Source: an uncultured Clostridia bacterium (GTDB lineage: Bacteria > Bacillota > Clostridia > Christensenellales > HGM11417). Taken from it: a stretch of 50,048 nt of DNA. The notes under the pieces were generated by a model. The model was not told the DNA's origin and did not search any database. It saw only the letters and a program-made list of their open reading frames with translations. The stretch's first letter is position 1. The number at the start of each line of letters is the position of its first letter. Shown here piece by piece: positions 26,210 to 35,183 of the stretch. The position numbers and the translations under genes were made by a program. The stretch covers positions 1-50,048 of the forward strand of contig CAZPMG010000001.1 in NCBI GenBank assembly GCA_964587785.1, written 5' to 3'.

Positions 26210-27733
26210 TTATTCGGTATCAACAAATTTTTTCAGCGCGGACAGCTCAAGCCCGCCCTGCTCGGACAAAAACGCCAGCAGCTCCCTTGCAATCTGCTTT
26301 GTGCCGCCTGCTTTCTCGCTTTCCATGTTGAGGGGCATAATGGGGTCGTGCAGGCTCATGCGCAGTAAAAACCAACCCTCTGCCGCGGGAACAGAGGCTC
26401 GGAAACCCTCATAGTTGACAGCGGCAGGCAGGCAGCCCTCACGGCCGCGGCAATAGCGTTCAAGCGCATCCAGCACTACCTTGCCGTGTGCGGAAAAATC
26501 TTTTACTGTAAAGCCAAGGCGGATTTCCGCCTCCTCAAGCGGCGACTTGAGTCCGGCAATTAAGTCCTCTATGTTGCCGCCAGCCTTGTTCTGCTGCGCA
26601 AGCTCAATCAGCACGCGCGTGACAAGATACGCGCCGTCGTCTAAAAAGCGGTTCTCCTTGAACGCGGCATGGCCGCTGGTCTCTATGGCAAGCGGGCAGT
26701 GTTTGCCCTCGCCGTTTAGACGCACGGCCTCGTTTATAACGTTTTTATAGCCGCGTTTGAATCTGTGATGAACACCGCCCTTTGCGGCAATAAAATCTGA
26801 GAGGCCGTCCGAAGTGATGCTGTCGGTCACAATCACCGCGCCGGGCTGTTCCCTGAGCAAAATCGCCGAAACAAGCGCAATAAGCCTGTTGCGGTTAATT
26901 TCCTTGCCGCCCTTGAACACCAGCCCCGCCCTGTCAACGTCCGTATCAAAGATTATGCCGAGGTCGGCATTGTTTGAAACCACGCAGCCGCAAATTGCCT
27001 GCATAGCCTCTGCGTTTTCAGGGTTGGGAATATGGTTGGGAAAGTTGCCGTCAGGCTCCAAGAACTGTGAACCCGAGGTGTCTGCGCCCAGCGGCTCAAG
27101 CACCTTTTCCGCAAAGAAACCGCCCGCGCCGTTGCCTGCGTCCACGACGATTTTTAGCCCGCTCAGGGGCGTGTTTTCGCCGCAGGCTGAGCGTACCTTT
27201 TCCACAAGTGAAAGCGCATATGTGTCGATAAAATTGCATTTTACAGGCTGCGCGGGCGACTCTACGTCAACAAACCCGCCCTCCTGCGCGTACTCCAAAA
27301 TTTTGGTTATATCCGCCCCCTCAAGACCGCCCTTTTTGGTGAAAAACTTGAGGCCGTTTTTGTTGAAAGGATGATGGCTTGCCGTGAGCATTATCGCCCC
27401 GTCAGCGTCAATTTTTTCGTCTATCGTAGACATAAACATAGACGGCGTGGAGCTGAGCCCCAATCTGTATACCAGCGCGCCCGATGCCGACAGCGCGCTG
27501 CTTACGCACGTCTCCAGCCTGGGTGCGGATATGCGTGAATCGTGCCCCAGCGACACCTTGAGCTTGTCAGCGGCCTTGCCAACCGCGCTTGAAAGCCAGC
27601 GCACAAAGCCCCTTGCAATGCGCTCTGCCGTCTCGTCGGTAAGTTCTACCGGCTGACCGGGCACTCCCTCCGACGCCGTGCCGCGTATATCACTGCCGCT
27701 CTTTAACTTTGACCATTTTTCGCTAAGTACCAT
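26210..27733 (-). CDS. Phosphoglucomutase/phosphomannomutase family protein
   Basis: 507 aa. The phosphoserine loop is TASHHPFNKNG (a variant of TASHNP). The metal loop is DTDVDR. Confidence 0.85.
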   Translation of the reverse strand: MVLSEKWSKLKSGSDIRGTASEGVPGQPVELTDETAERIARGFVRWLSSAVGKAADKLKVSLGHDSRISAPRLETCVSSALSASGALVYRLGLSSTPSMFMSTIDEKIDADGAIMLTASHHPFNKNGLKFFTKKGGLEGADITKILEYAQEGGFVDVESPAQPVKCNFIDTYALSLVEKVRSACGENTPLSGLKIVVDAGNGAGGFFAEKVLEPLGADTSGSQFLEPDGNFPNHIPNPENAEAMQAICGCVVSNNADLGIIFDTDVDRAGLVFKGGKEINRNRLIALVSAILLREQPGAVIVTDSITSDGLSDFIAAKGGVHHRFKRGYKNVINEAVRLNGEGKHCPLAIETSGHAAFKENRFLDDGAYLVTRVLIELAQQNKAGGNIEDLIAGLKSPLEEAEIRLGFTVKDFSAHGKVVLDALERYCRGREGCLPAAVNYEGFRASVPAAEGWFLLRMSLHDPIMPLNMESEKAGGTKQIARELLAFLSEQGGLELSALKKFVDTE

Positions 27734-28176
27734 ATAGTCTGCCTCACTTTAAACTTTTTTTACAGCAATTTCATAAAAACAAGGCCGGGTGCTTGTTGGT
27801 AGACAACGCACAGCGGACATTTTTTTATGATGTATCAAAAAACCAAAAAACCGAGCGCGTGCAGCTGCTATTACTAAATAAACAGTGAAATATAATATAA
27901 CTGCCGATTTTTAGTTTGCGCGCGCTGCAACTGTTATAAGCCTGCCTTGCATATACAATTAAACGCAAAGCTCATATGATGAAAGATTTTTTAACCGTGC
28001 TACGCTATCAATTATAACCTTTTTTTGCACTTAGTTCAAGAAAAACGCGCCTTTTTGGCAATTGTTCAAGCATTCGGCTTTTTTTAACAAGGGCATGTGC
28101 GGTGTTCTAATTGGCGGCCGGCCATTAATACATTAGTATAAAGAAACTTACGCGTAAGGATAGTTTGCGGAGGTGA

Positions 28177-29304
28177 ATGCAGTTGTATGCCGCAATTTCA
28201 AAGATAATCATAATTAACTCTGTGCGCACAGACGGCAGCCGTGCGGGAGGCATGCTCAGGCTTGTGCGCGCGGGCAAGGCGGTAAAGGGCACGCTGACAT
28301 TAAACAGCCCTGAGCGCGGGGAAAACGTGCTGATAATTTTTCGGCGCGGGCTTTCGCCCGAGATTGTGTCCTTTGAAGGGCGGTATAAAGCTTTTATCGC
28401 GCAGCCGGGAGCCCTCGAGCACCCGGTGACCGTTTGCATATGCTCAAAACAGGACGGCACAGTGCTTGCGTACGGCAGCAACGGCCCGGGGTTATCGCTG
28501 TGCGAGGTTCAACAGCAGGCTAAGGCGCTGCTGCTGCCTAAACAGGGCTCCCCCGCGGAAGAACGGCCGGCAGGCGGACGAAAAATCGCGCAAGCAGAAC
28601 ACGGGAGCATTGACAGCATTGCAGAAACTGAAACGCCTGCCAATGCCGCAAATAAGAGCGGCATTGAGTCCGCCGGCAGGGCGAAAAATAAAATTGCGCA
28701 GCCGGACTCCGTATCAGCCGCGGCTGACAGCCCGCAAGATCGCGCTGCGGGCATCAGTCCCAAAGAAAAAAGGCTTTACGATTTGCACAGGCTGCCCATA
28801 GACGACCCCTTGCTTAAGGAAGACAGCACTCTCGGCGACGAGCTGCCCATAGCAGAATATAACTATTTTGAAAAGCGGCCCTCCTCCGCTTTTACGCAGA
28901 ATCAGGCCGAGCGGCAATTTGCGCAGCAGACGCAAGGCAGCAGCCCCACGGCGGACGCCTTGCCCGGCGGCGGCTTTTATCAGAGCATTGAACAGGAATT
29001 TTTGAGTCTGTTTGCAAGGTTCCCCAAGGAGCCTGTGCTGGAAAAGCGCATTCGCAACTCAAGGTTTGTAAAGATAAATTATAACGATACCGACAAATAT
29101 TACGCGGTGGGGATTGTTGAAGAGAACAGCCGGCCCAAGTATATATGCTATGCCGTGCCTGCAAAAAAAACCTCGGGAACGCCCGAAGGGCTGGAAGGGT
29201 TTTGTCAGTTTATGCCGGCTTCGCTGTCTGATCCGCAGGGCGAGGGCTATTTTTTGATGGTTCAGTCAGCAAAAACAGGCAGAACGCTGAGCGCATTTGA
29301 CTAA
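28177..29304 (+). CDS. Hypothetical protein (no family recognised)
   Basis: 375 aa ORF with an upstream GGAGG. That SD is only 3 nt from the ATG, so the TTG at 28183 is an alternative start. A beta-rich N-terminal ~110 aa is followed by a low-complexity Ala/Pro/Ser/Gln-rich centre. The C-terminal ~90 aa are compact (KYICYAVPAK...GEGYFLMVQSAKTG). Confidence 0.6.
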   Translation: MQLYAAISKIIIINSVRTDGSRAGGMLRLVRAGKAVKGTLTLNSPERGENVLIIFRRGLSPEIVSFEGRYKAFIAQPGALEHPVTVCICSKQDGTVLAYGSNGPGLSLCEVQQQAKALLLPKQGSPAEERPAGGRKIAQAEHGSIDSIAETETPANAANKSGIESAGRAKNKIAQPDSVSAAADSPQDRAAGISPKEKRLYDLHRLPIDDPLLKEDSTLGDELPIAEYNYFEKRPSSAFTQNQAERQFAQQTQGSSPTADALPGGGFYQSIEQEFLSLFARFPKEPVLEKRIRNSRFVKINYNDTDKYYAVGIVEENSRPKYICYAVPAKKTSGTPEGLEGFCQFMPASLSDPQGEGYFLMVQSAKTGRTLSAFD

Positions 29305-29367
29305 ATACTGTAAGCCTGTTCTTACGCCAGCTATATGATATTGTGCGGAAAACTTAACAGTAAAGCG

Positions 29368-29398
29368 CATAAAGCCCCTAAAATTTAGGGGCTTTATG
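29368..29398. terminator. Terminator hairpin between convergent genes
   Basis: CATAAAGCCCCT / AGGGGCTTTATG 12-bp stem with a 7-nt loop. Confidence 0.6.
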
Positions 29399-29540
29399 CT
29401 GTAAACGCAAAAATTTGCAGCCGTTCAATTTTTCGCATCGCCGCATATACAACAACACCGTTTAATACGGCAGCTGCTTTTTTAGAGCGGCTGCCGCGGT
29501 TTGTTGTTACTTAGGTATTGCAAGTTACAGTTTTAAGCGT

Positions 29541-30608
29541 TTAAGGCAGCGGCCTGCCGCCGCCTATTGGCATAATCCTGTTCCAGGTTTGCCGTCCCAC
29601 TATCGCGTCAACCGCAAGCCCGTTTTCCTGCTGGAACTCCCTCACCGCGCGCGCGGTCTGTGCCCCGAATATATTGTCTATTACACCCACGTTGTACAGT
29701 TTGGCAAGCAGTTTGCGCTGGAGATATCTTACCTCCACTCCGCGGCTGCCCTGCCTTAGCACGGTGTTTTGAGGGTTTTCGTTGAGCAGCTTGCTCCAGG
29801 TGTTTGCGCCCACTATGCCGTCCTGCGACAGTCCGTTTTCCCTTTGAAAACCTATCACCGCATTGCGCGTAAGCGCTCCGAACACACCGTCCGCGCTCTG
29901 TGGGTCATATCCTGCGTCGTAGAGCAGGTACTGCAGATATTTTACAAAATTTCCGCGGCTGCCCTGCCTGAGCACCGGCAGGTTTTGCGGCGCAATCCTT
30001 GCCACATAGGCAACATCGAGATAACTGCATACGCCACGGCAGGTTTCCTCGCCGCATTCACGCTGAAAATCCGGGTCTACCATGATTTTTGCCTCGCCGA
30101 AGTTTGTCATAAACCCCGGCTCGGGAAGCGTGGCTACGGTATTTACCGACGACAGCATACCTACCCCGGTGAGCGTGGCCACTCCTCTGCCGCGCTGCGG
30201 TGTACCTTGAATGAGCTGGTTGTAAACTTCCGTGCTGAGTATACGGCTGCGCTGCGGCAGCACGTTTTGCTGTGAATAAAAGACGTTTATGCCCGAGACG
30301 CTGTTAAAGGAGTTGCCGTCGCCGAAAGCGTTGTAGCCGAACGTCACAACCAGCGTTAAATTTTGCCTGTTTACCAGCGCAACCCTCTGCGAAATCGGAA
30401 CGTCCACGCGCGTGCGCTTTACGTCAAAGACGTTAAAGCCTGTGCGCAGGCAGGCTTCCAAAAAAAAGTTTTTTGCAGGATATGTAAATTCGTTTTCATA
30501 AAAAGGCCTGCCTATATACGGCATCACGGGCGTACGTTTGCCTGCCGTGGGCGGGGTCAAGCCGTGTTCGTCGTTTCCGCCTATTAAAAAATTTTGTGGG
30601 TTTTGCAT
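29541..30608 (-). CDS. Amidase_3-like (N-acetylmuramoyl-L-alanine amidase fold) protein with two C-terminal PG_binding_1 repeats
   Basis: N-terminal GGNDEHGLTPPTAGKRTP...ENEF resembles the amidase_3 GHG..T.GKR.P...E.EFN motifs. Two repeats follow the pattern LRQGSRG..V..LQ...G.....DG.FG..T..AV..FQ..NGL..DGIVG..TW. The ATG at 30608 has a strong GGAGGAGG SD. The track start at 30689 is an alternative. Neither start gives a signal peptide. Confidence 0.75.
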   Translation of the reverse strand: MQNPQNFLIGGNDEHGLTPPTAGKRTPVMPYIGRPFYENEFTYPAKNFFLEACLRTGFNVFDVKRTRVDVPISQRVALVNRQNLTLVVTFGYNAFGDGNSFNSVSGINVFYSQQNVLPQRSRILSTEVYNQLIQGTPQRGRGVATLTGVGMLSSVNTVATLPEPGFMTNFGEAKIMVDPDFQRECGEETCRGVCSYLDVAYVARIAPQNLPVLRQGSRGNFVKYLQYLLYDAGYDPQSADGVFGALTRNAVIGFQRENGLSQDGIVGANTWSKLLNENPQNTVLRQGSRGVEVRYLQRKLLAKLYNVGVIDNIFGAQTARAVREFQQENGLAVDAIVGRQTWNRIMPIGGGRPLP

Positions 30609-30863
30609 TTTACCTCCTCCGTCATTTATACCGTTTGGATAAATATTTGCAGAAAACCTTTGCCGCCGCCTGTTTATATAAGCGTCCATATCCGCATCTA
30701 AAAAACACTGAAACCTCTGTGCAGCGCTCTGCTACTTAACAGTATATGTAAAACCGGCCGATTTTGATATTGCCAACAAAAAGCAAGCCGCCGCAAATAA
30801 GCGACGGCAGGTAAGTTGCAATAAAAGGATATTAAATTTACGCGGCAAATACTGCGCCCTACA

Positions 30864-30969
30864 GGCGCGTATTCCGCAGCAAGTGCGGAGCATTAATCTT
30901 TTTTATCGGCGGCACAAAAAACGCCTTAATTGCAAACATTTTGTTTCTGGAATAAAATTAATTTTGCCC
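30864..30969. repeat. Intergenic ~100-nt element, copy B (partner at 23635-23735)
   Basis: Same orientation as copy A. Core at 30900-30933. Confidence 0.7.
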
Positions 30970-30975
30970 GCGCAA

Positions 30976-31006
30976 AAGGCCGCTCAGATTGATTTCAGGC
31001 GGCCTT
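30976..31006 (-). terminator. Hairpin with a short U-run on the minus strand, downstream of the first YitT gene and directly upstream of repeat copy B
   Basis: AAGGCCGC / GCGGCCTT 8-bp stem with a 15-nt loop. The minus strand continues TTGCG after the stem. Confidence 0.4.
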
Positions 31007-31115
31007 AGGGCTGTTGTATCAGATAAAGTTATGCAGTAATAAATTATAGATTGTTTAATGTCAATTAGCGGTTTATTAGACCGCGTCTGTTTCAGCAGCG
31101 TTTTGCCGGCATAGC

Positions 31116-32060
31116 TTAACCCTGCATCTTTTTTTCCTTGGGCGGCGTTGACTCGCGCTGAGTCTTTGCAAAGCCTTCGCCTATCACCTCTTTTACCGAT
31201 GTAGAGAACATAAACGCCTTTGGGTCAATGTCGCGCACAATGCGCCTAAGCTCCGCCACCTGTGTACGCGTTACAATGCACATCAAGACGTTTTTATCGT
31301 GCTTGGTATACATACCCTGTGCCTTGAGCGCTGTCACGCCGCGGTGAACCTTGTGCAGTATGCGCTGGGAAATCTCCTCTGACTTTTCGCTGATAATATA
31401 ATAGGCCTTGGCTGCACGTATGCCCTCGAGCACATAGTCTACCACAAAACTGCTGAGTATGATGCAGATAAGCGCGTAAAGTGCAGGAATAATGTCATAT
31501 ATAAATATACTCATCAATACTACGGTCACGTTTACCGCCATTATCACCGAGCCCATGCTGACTGTGGGCTTGCGCTCGTTTACCACGATTGCAAGCATAT
31601 CGCTTCCGCCGGTGGAACCGCCCGCGCGCAGCACAACGCCCAGCCCGACGCCGGTTATTACGCCGCCGTATAACACGCAGAGCAGTTTTTCGCTGTAAAT
31701 GTCCTTAAGGTAACCGTAGACTGCAGGCGTGGACTGTAAAATGCTGGTAAGGTCAATAAAAACCGCGTAGGAAATAACGCCGGTTATACTGAGCACCGCA
31801 AACCTCTTGCCCAGTCTGCGTATGGAAAACCAGTAAAGCGGCACATTTAACAGCAGAGTGAGCATACCCACCGGAAGCATGGGAATATTCGCATCGCTGA
31901 AGGCATAGACCACCAGTGCGGCGATTCCGCTGAAGCCGCCCGGCGCAATCTGTATGGGCGCAAGAAAAAAGCTGAATCCTATGGCCATAAAAAAAGTACC
32001 CACACTCAAAAGAATTATGGATACCGCGTATTCGGCCTTTTTGTTTTTAATTTTTATCAT
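31116..32060 (-). CDS. YitT family membrane protein (DUF2179 C-terminal domain)
   Basis: Polytopic N-terminal region with GGFSGIA and GGSTGGSDM, then a soluble C-terminal domain (YYIISEKSEEI...VTRTQV..L...V..IDPKAFM). The ATG at 32060 has a GGAG SD. The track start is an upstream TTG. Confidence 0.85.
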   Translation of the reverse strand: MIKIKNKKAEYAVSIILLSVGTFFMAIGFSFFLAPIQIAPGGFSGIAALVVYAFSDANIPMLPVGMLTLLLNVPLYWFSIRRLGKRFAVLSITGVISYAVFIDLTSILQSTPAVYGYLKDIYSEKLLCVLYGGVITGVGLGVVLRAGGSTGGSDMLAIVVNERKPTVSMGSVIMAVNVTVVLMSIFIYDIIPALYALICIILSSFVVDYVLEGIRAAKAYYIISEKSEEISQRILHKVHRGVTALKAQGMYTKHDKNVLMCIVTRTQVAELRRIVRDIDPKAFMFSTSVKEVIGEGFAKTQRESTPPKEKKMQG

Positions 32061-32294
32061 AACCGACGCTCCGATTTTTATTACGATTACATTGATGCGG
32101 CAGGCGCCGCTGCTTTGCAAATATATTCACTGCTAATTATACTTTGATTGGGTGTTTATTCCTACTGTTAAGCGGCATAAGTAAGAGCAAGATATTGCAA
32201 AATTTTGCTCTTGAATCAGTCAGGGTGCATTATATGATATTTGATTAGTAAACCTCAGCAGTTTGCCAATATCCCGGTTGACTTGCCCTGCTGT

Positions 32295-33260
32295 CTACTT
32301 TGCGCTGTTAGTTTTATTTTGGTTTTCGTCCGGTCTGTTTTTATTTTCTCCGTGATATGTGCGCGCGCCGAAACCCTCGCCTATAACCTCTTTAACCGAC
32401 GTAGAGAACATAAATGCCTTTGGGTCGGTCGTGTGCGTTATCCTGCGCAGTTCGGCAATCTGCGTTCGGGTTACAAGGCAGAGAAGCACGTTTTTTTCAG
32501 AGCTTGTAAACATCCCCTTGCCCTTAAGCGATGTTACCCCCCTGCCTATGCGCGTCAAAATCTGCTGCGCAATCTCGTCTGATTTGTCGCTGATGATATA
32601 GTAAGCCTTTGCCGCCCGCGTCCCCTCCACAACGTAATCGAGTATCATTGTGGATATAAATATTGCAAGCAGCGCGTGCAGCGCGGAAATGATGCTCTCA
32701 TATACAAATGCGCTCATTACGATTACAAAGGCGTCCACCATCAACAAAACGGCGCCTATGCTCGCCGACGGGCGCTTGGACGCAATGAGCACTGCAAGCA
32801 TATCGCTGCCTCCGGTAGAGCCGCCCACTCTTATCACCGTGCCCACCCCAATTCCGGCTATTACTCCGCCGTAAATCGCGCTGAGCAGCGGCGATTGATG
32901 AAGCTCCTGCATATATACAGAGACCTCGGGAATAGCGTATATCAATGCGGCAACGTCAATAAACAGCGAATAAAAAACCACGCCCGCAAAGCTCAGCACG
33001 GCAAAACGCCTGCCTATTATGCGCACGGAAAACAAATACAGCGGTATATTCATGGCAAGGGTGAGCATTCCCACGGGTATAAAGTCAATACCCGCACCCG
33101 ACAGCAGGCGCACGACAAGCGCGGCAAAACCGCCGAAGCCCCCGGCCACAACGTTGATTGGAAGTAAAAATATGCTGAAGCTTACCGCCATAAGAAATGT
33201 GCCCAGCGCAAGCAAGGCAATTGATACGGCGTAGTCCGCCCGCTTGTTGAGAACCTGCAT
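32295..33260 (-). CDS. YitT family membrane protein, tandem paralogue
   Basis: Collinear with the neighbouring YitT protein and shares its motifs (GGFGGFA, GGSTGGSDM, YYIISDKSDEI). The ATG is at 33260. Confidence 0.85.
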   Translation of the reverse strand: MQVLNKRADYAVSIALLALGTFLMAVSFSIFLLPINVVAGGFGGFAALVVRLLSGAGIDFIPVGMLTLAMNIPLYLFSVRIIGRRFAVLSFAGVVFYSLFIDVAALIYAIPEVSVYMQELHQSPLLSAIYGGVIAGIGVGTVIRVGGSTGGSDMLAVLIASKRPSASIGAVLLMVDAFVIVMSAFVYESIISALHALLAIFISTMILDYVVEGTRAAKAYYIISDKSDEIAQQILTRIGRGVTSLKGKGMFTSSEKNVLLCLVTRTQIAELRRITHTTDPKAFMFSTSVKEVIGEGFGARTYHGENKNRPDENQNKTNSAK

Positions 33261-33319
33261 ATCCACCCCTTTTCTTAGATAATTTTCCGTGGTTAACTTG
33301 GGACTTTAAGCCCTTAACA

Positions 33320-33348
33320 ATTATATTGTAAGGCAAAACTTTTGTCAA
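33320..33348 (-). promoter_or_regulatory. Consensus promoter for the upstream YitT gene (TTGACA-N17-TATAAT on the minus strand)
   Basis: The plus strand has tgtcaa at 33343-33348 and attata at 33320-33325 with a 17-nt spacer. Confidence 0.6.
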
Positions 33349-33468
33349 TGTATTTATGCCGCAGCCCAAACAAATCCATTTATGCAGCAACAGATTTACA
33401 GCCGCAGAAACGCTATTATTTTACGGACAGCGGCGTATAATACCCATTGATTTCAAGATAATATTAGT

Positions 33469-34446
33469 ATGAAAAAATACCCGTATTTTATGCCTGCATT
33501 GATTGCGGCAATCATAATGCTTTTTACATGCCCGATGCCAGCCGCTCACGCTCAGGCGGATTTTATTAAGTGGGTGGACTTTAACGTGCCTTCTTCCGTG
33601 CTGAAGAAGGCCTGCGAATACGATGCAGCCGCAATGGGCAAAAACCCGCAGCACAAAATGGAAGTTTCTTTGGCGTATCTTGCGGCCAAAAACGGAAACA
33701 AGTTCAAGTCGACGCGCGACCTTGCCGCCTTGAAGGATTATATCTCAAAGACCGCCGACGGACAGACCACCGCGCAGGAGCTTTTGGGCAGCAGTAAATA
33801 TTTTGAGCATTACCGCGAGGCGTACGGCGCTGTATTTGCCGGTTTTATCAGCCCGTACATCGACGGAGGGCAACAGCCGGGCTACGGGCTTACGGCATAC
33901 TTTCCGCTTGCAAAGGGCTTTTGGTTCAGTGGCTATGATGACTTCGGCAACGCGCGTTCATTCGGTTTCAAGCGCAAGCACCTGGGCCACGATATTTTCG
34001 GCTCTACGGGCACACCGGTTATTGCCGTCGAGGGCGGGACAATAACCGAGCTTGGCTGGAATCAATACGGCGGCTGGCGGGTAGGCGTGCGTTCGCACGA
34101 CACAAAACGCTATTATTATTATGCACACCTGCGTAAAAACAAGCCGTACGCCGCCGGGCTGGAAAAAGGCAGTACGGTAACCGCCGGGCAGGTCATAGGA
34201 TATCTGGGCGCCACGGGCTACAGCCGTACAGAGAATAAAAACATGAAGACCCGCCCTCATCTGCACTTTGGAATGCAATTGATATTTGACGAAAGCCAGG
34301 TAAAGGGCAACGGCGAAATTTGGATAGACGTCTATTCAATATGCGCACTCTTGGAAAGCAATCGGGCAACCGTACAAAAGGACGAGCAGACCGGAGAGTA
34401 CCAAAGCATAAATCTAAAACAGGTAATTGCACGCGAAGGCTCTTAG
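33469..34446 (+). CDS. M23 family (LytM-type) metallopeptidase, secreted
   Basis: Signal peptide MKKYPYFMPALIAAIIMLFTCPMPAAHA. Intact HLGHDIF (HxxxD) and HLHFGM (HxH) zinc motifs. Confidence 0.85.
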   Translation: MKKYPYFMPALIAAIIMLFTCPMPAAHAQADFIKWVDFNVPSSVLKKACEYDAAAMGKNPQHKMEVSLAYLAAKNGNKFKSTRDLAALKDYISKTADGQTTAQELLGSSKYFEHYREAYGAVFAGFISPYIDGGQQPGYGLTAYFPLAKGFWFSGYDDFGNARSFGFKRKHLGHDIFGSTGTPVIAVEGGTITELGWNQYGGWRVGVRSHDTKRYYYYAHLRKNKPYAAGLEKGSTVTAGQVIGYLGATGYSRTENKNMKTRPHLHFGMQLIFDESQVKGNGEIWIDVYSICALLESNRATVQKDEQTGEYQSINLKQVIAREGS

Positions 34447-34450
34447 CTGA

Positions 34451-34492
34451 ATACCGCCCGCCGCATAGCACTATGCAGCGGGCGTATTTTTT
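34451..34492 (+). terminator. Intrinsic terminator of the M23 peptidase gene
   Basis: Long interrupted hairpin ATACCGCCCGCCGCATAG..CTATGCAGCGGGCGTAT followed by TTTTTT. Confidence 0.8.
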
Positions 34493-34540
34493 ACAGTACT
34501 ATGCAAGCCTAAACCGCATTTAAACATATGGTTACAGAAC

Positions 34541-34578
34541 AAAAAACCGGAGGCGCTGATATAACGGCCGCCGGTTTT
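34541..34578 (-). terminator. Intrinsic terminator of the oxidoreductase operon (bidirectional shape)
   Basis: CCGGAGGC / GCCGCCGG stem with one mismatch. A-run upstream and T-run downstream. On the minus strand it is followed by TTTTTTG. Confidence 0.6.
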
Positions 34579-34648
34579 ATAAGATTACACAGACTTTTAA
34601 GCCTTAGGCATTGAACCGGCTTAAAGCGCATAACATTTTAAGTTTCAG

Positions 34649-35182
34649 TCAAGCATGTTGCACCAGTAAAAATCCGGCGCGTACAGCCCGCAGAGACGTC
34701 TGTATCAGCTTTGTCTTTTCGCTGAATACCTTTGCAACCGAGTGAACAACCGAGCGCAGCGACAGCTCTTTTATCATGCCGGCAAGCACGCCCATAACAA
34801 CCATGTTTGCGGATTTTCTGTCGCCTGCAAGCTCAGCGGTCTCCCAAACGGGCAGCGCAAGCATACGCGGGTCCTTCCCGTCGCATTCGTCTATCAGCGT
34901 GCCGTCCACTATTATGCGCCCCTCAGAGCCTATGCGCCCCTCATATTTGTCGAGCGACTGGCGGTTGAGCGCCACAAGCACGTCAGCACGGCTTATCACG
35001 GGCGAGGTTATCTCATCCAGACACAGCACAACGCTGCAGCTTGCCGCGCCGCCGCGCATCTCCGGGCCGTAGGAGGGTATACAGGTTACATTGAGACCCT
35101 TTTCCACCGCCGCATACGATATCATTTTTCCGAGCGACACGATGCCTTGACCGCCTGCGCCCGCTATTAAGATTCTTGTCAT
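34649..35182 (-). CDS. 2-oxoacid:ferredoxin oxidoreductase, gamma subunit
   Basis: MTRILIAGAGGQG N-terminus typical of the Kor/Por gamma subunit. The ATG at 35182 has a GGGAGAGG SD. Confidence 0.85.
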   Translation of the reverse strand: MTRILIAGAGGQGIVSLGKMISYAAVEKGLNVTCIPSYGPEMRGGAASCSVVLCLDEITSPVISRADVLVALNRQSLDKYEGRIGSEGRIIVDGTLIDECDGKDPRMLALPVWETAELAGDRKSANMVVMGVLAGMIKELSLRSVVHSVAKVFSEKTKLIQTSLRAVRAGFLLVQHA

Positions 35183-35183
35183 T

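Noticed and set aside
30609-31115. c-di-AMP (ydaO-type) riboswitch upstream of the amidase-like gene, and likewise upstream of the M23 peptidase (33267-33468)
   Set aside because: That genomic context is common for this riboswitch class. However, I could not find the paired GGGGA/CCC-type conserved blocks or the pseudo-two-fold layout on either strand.
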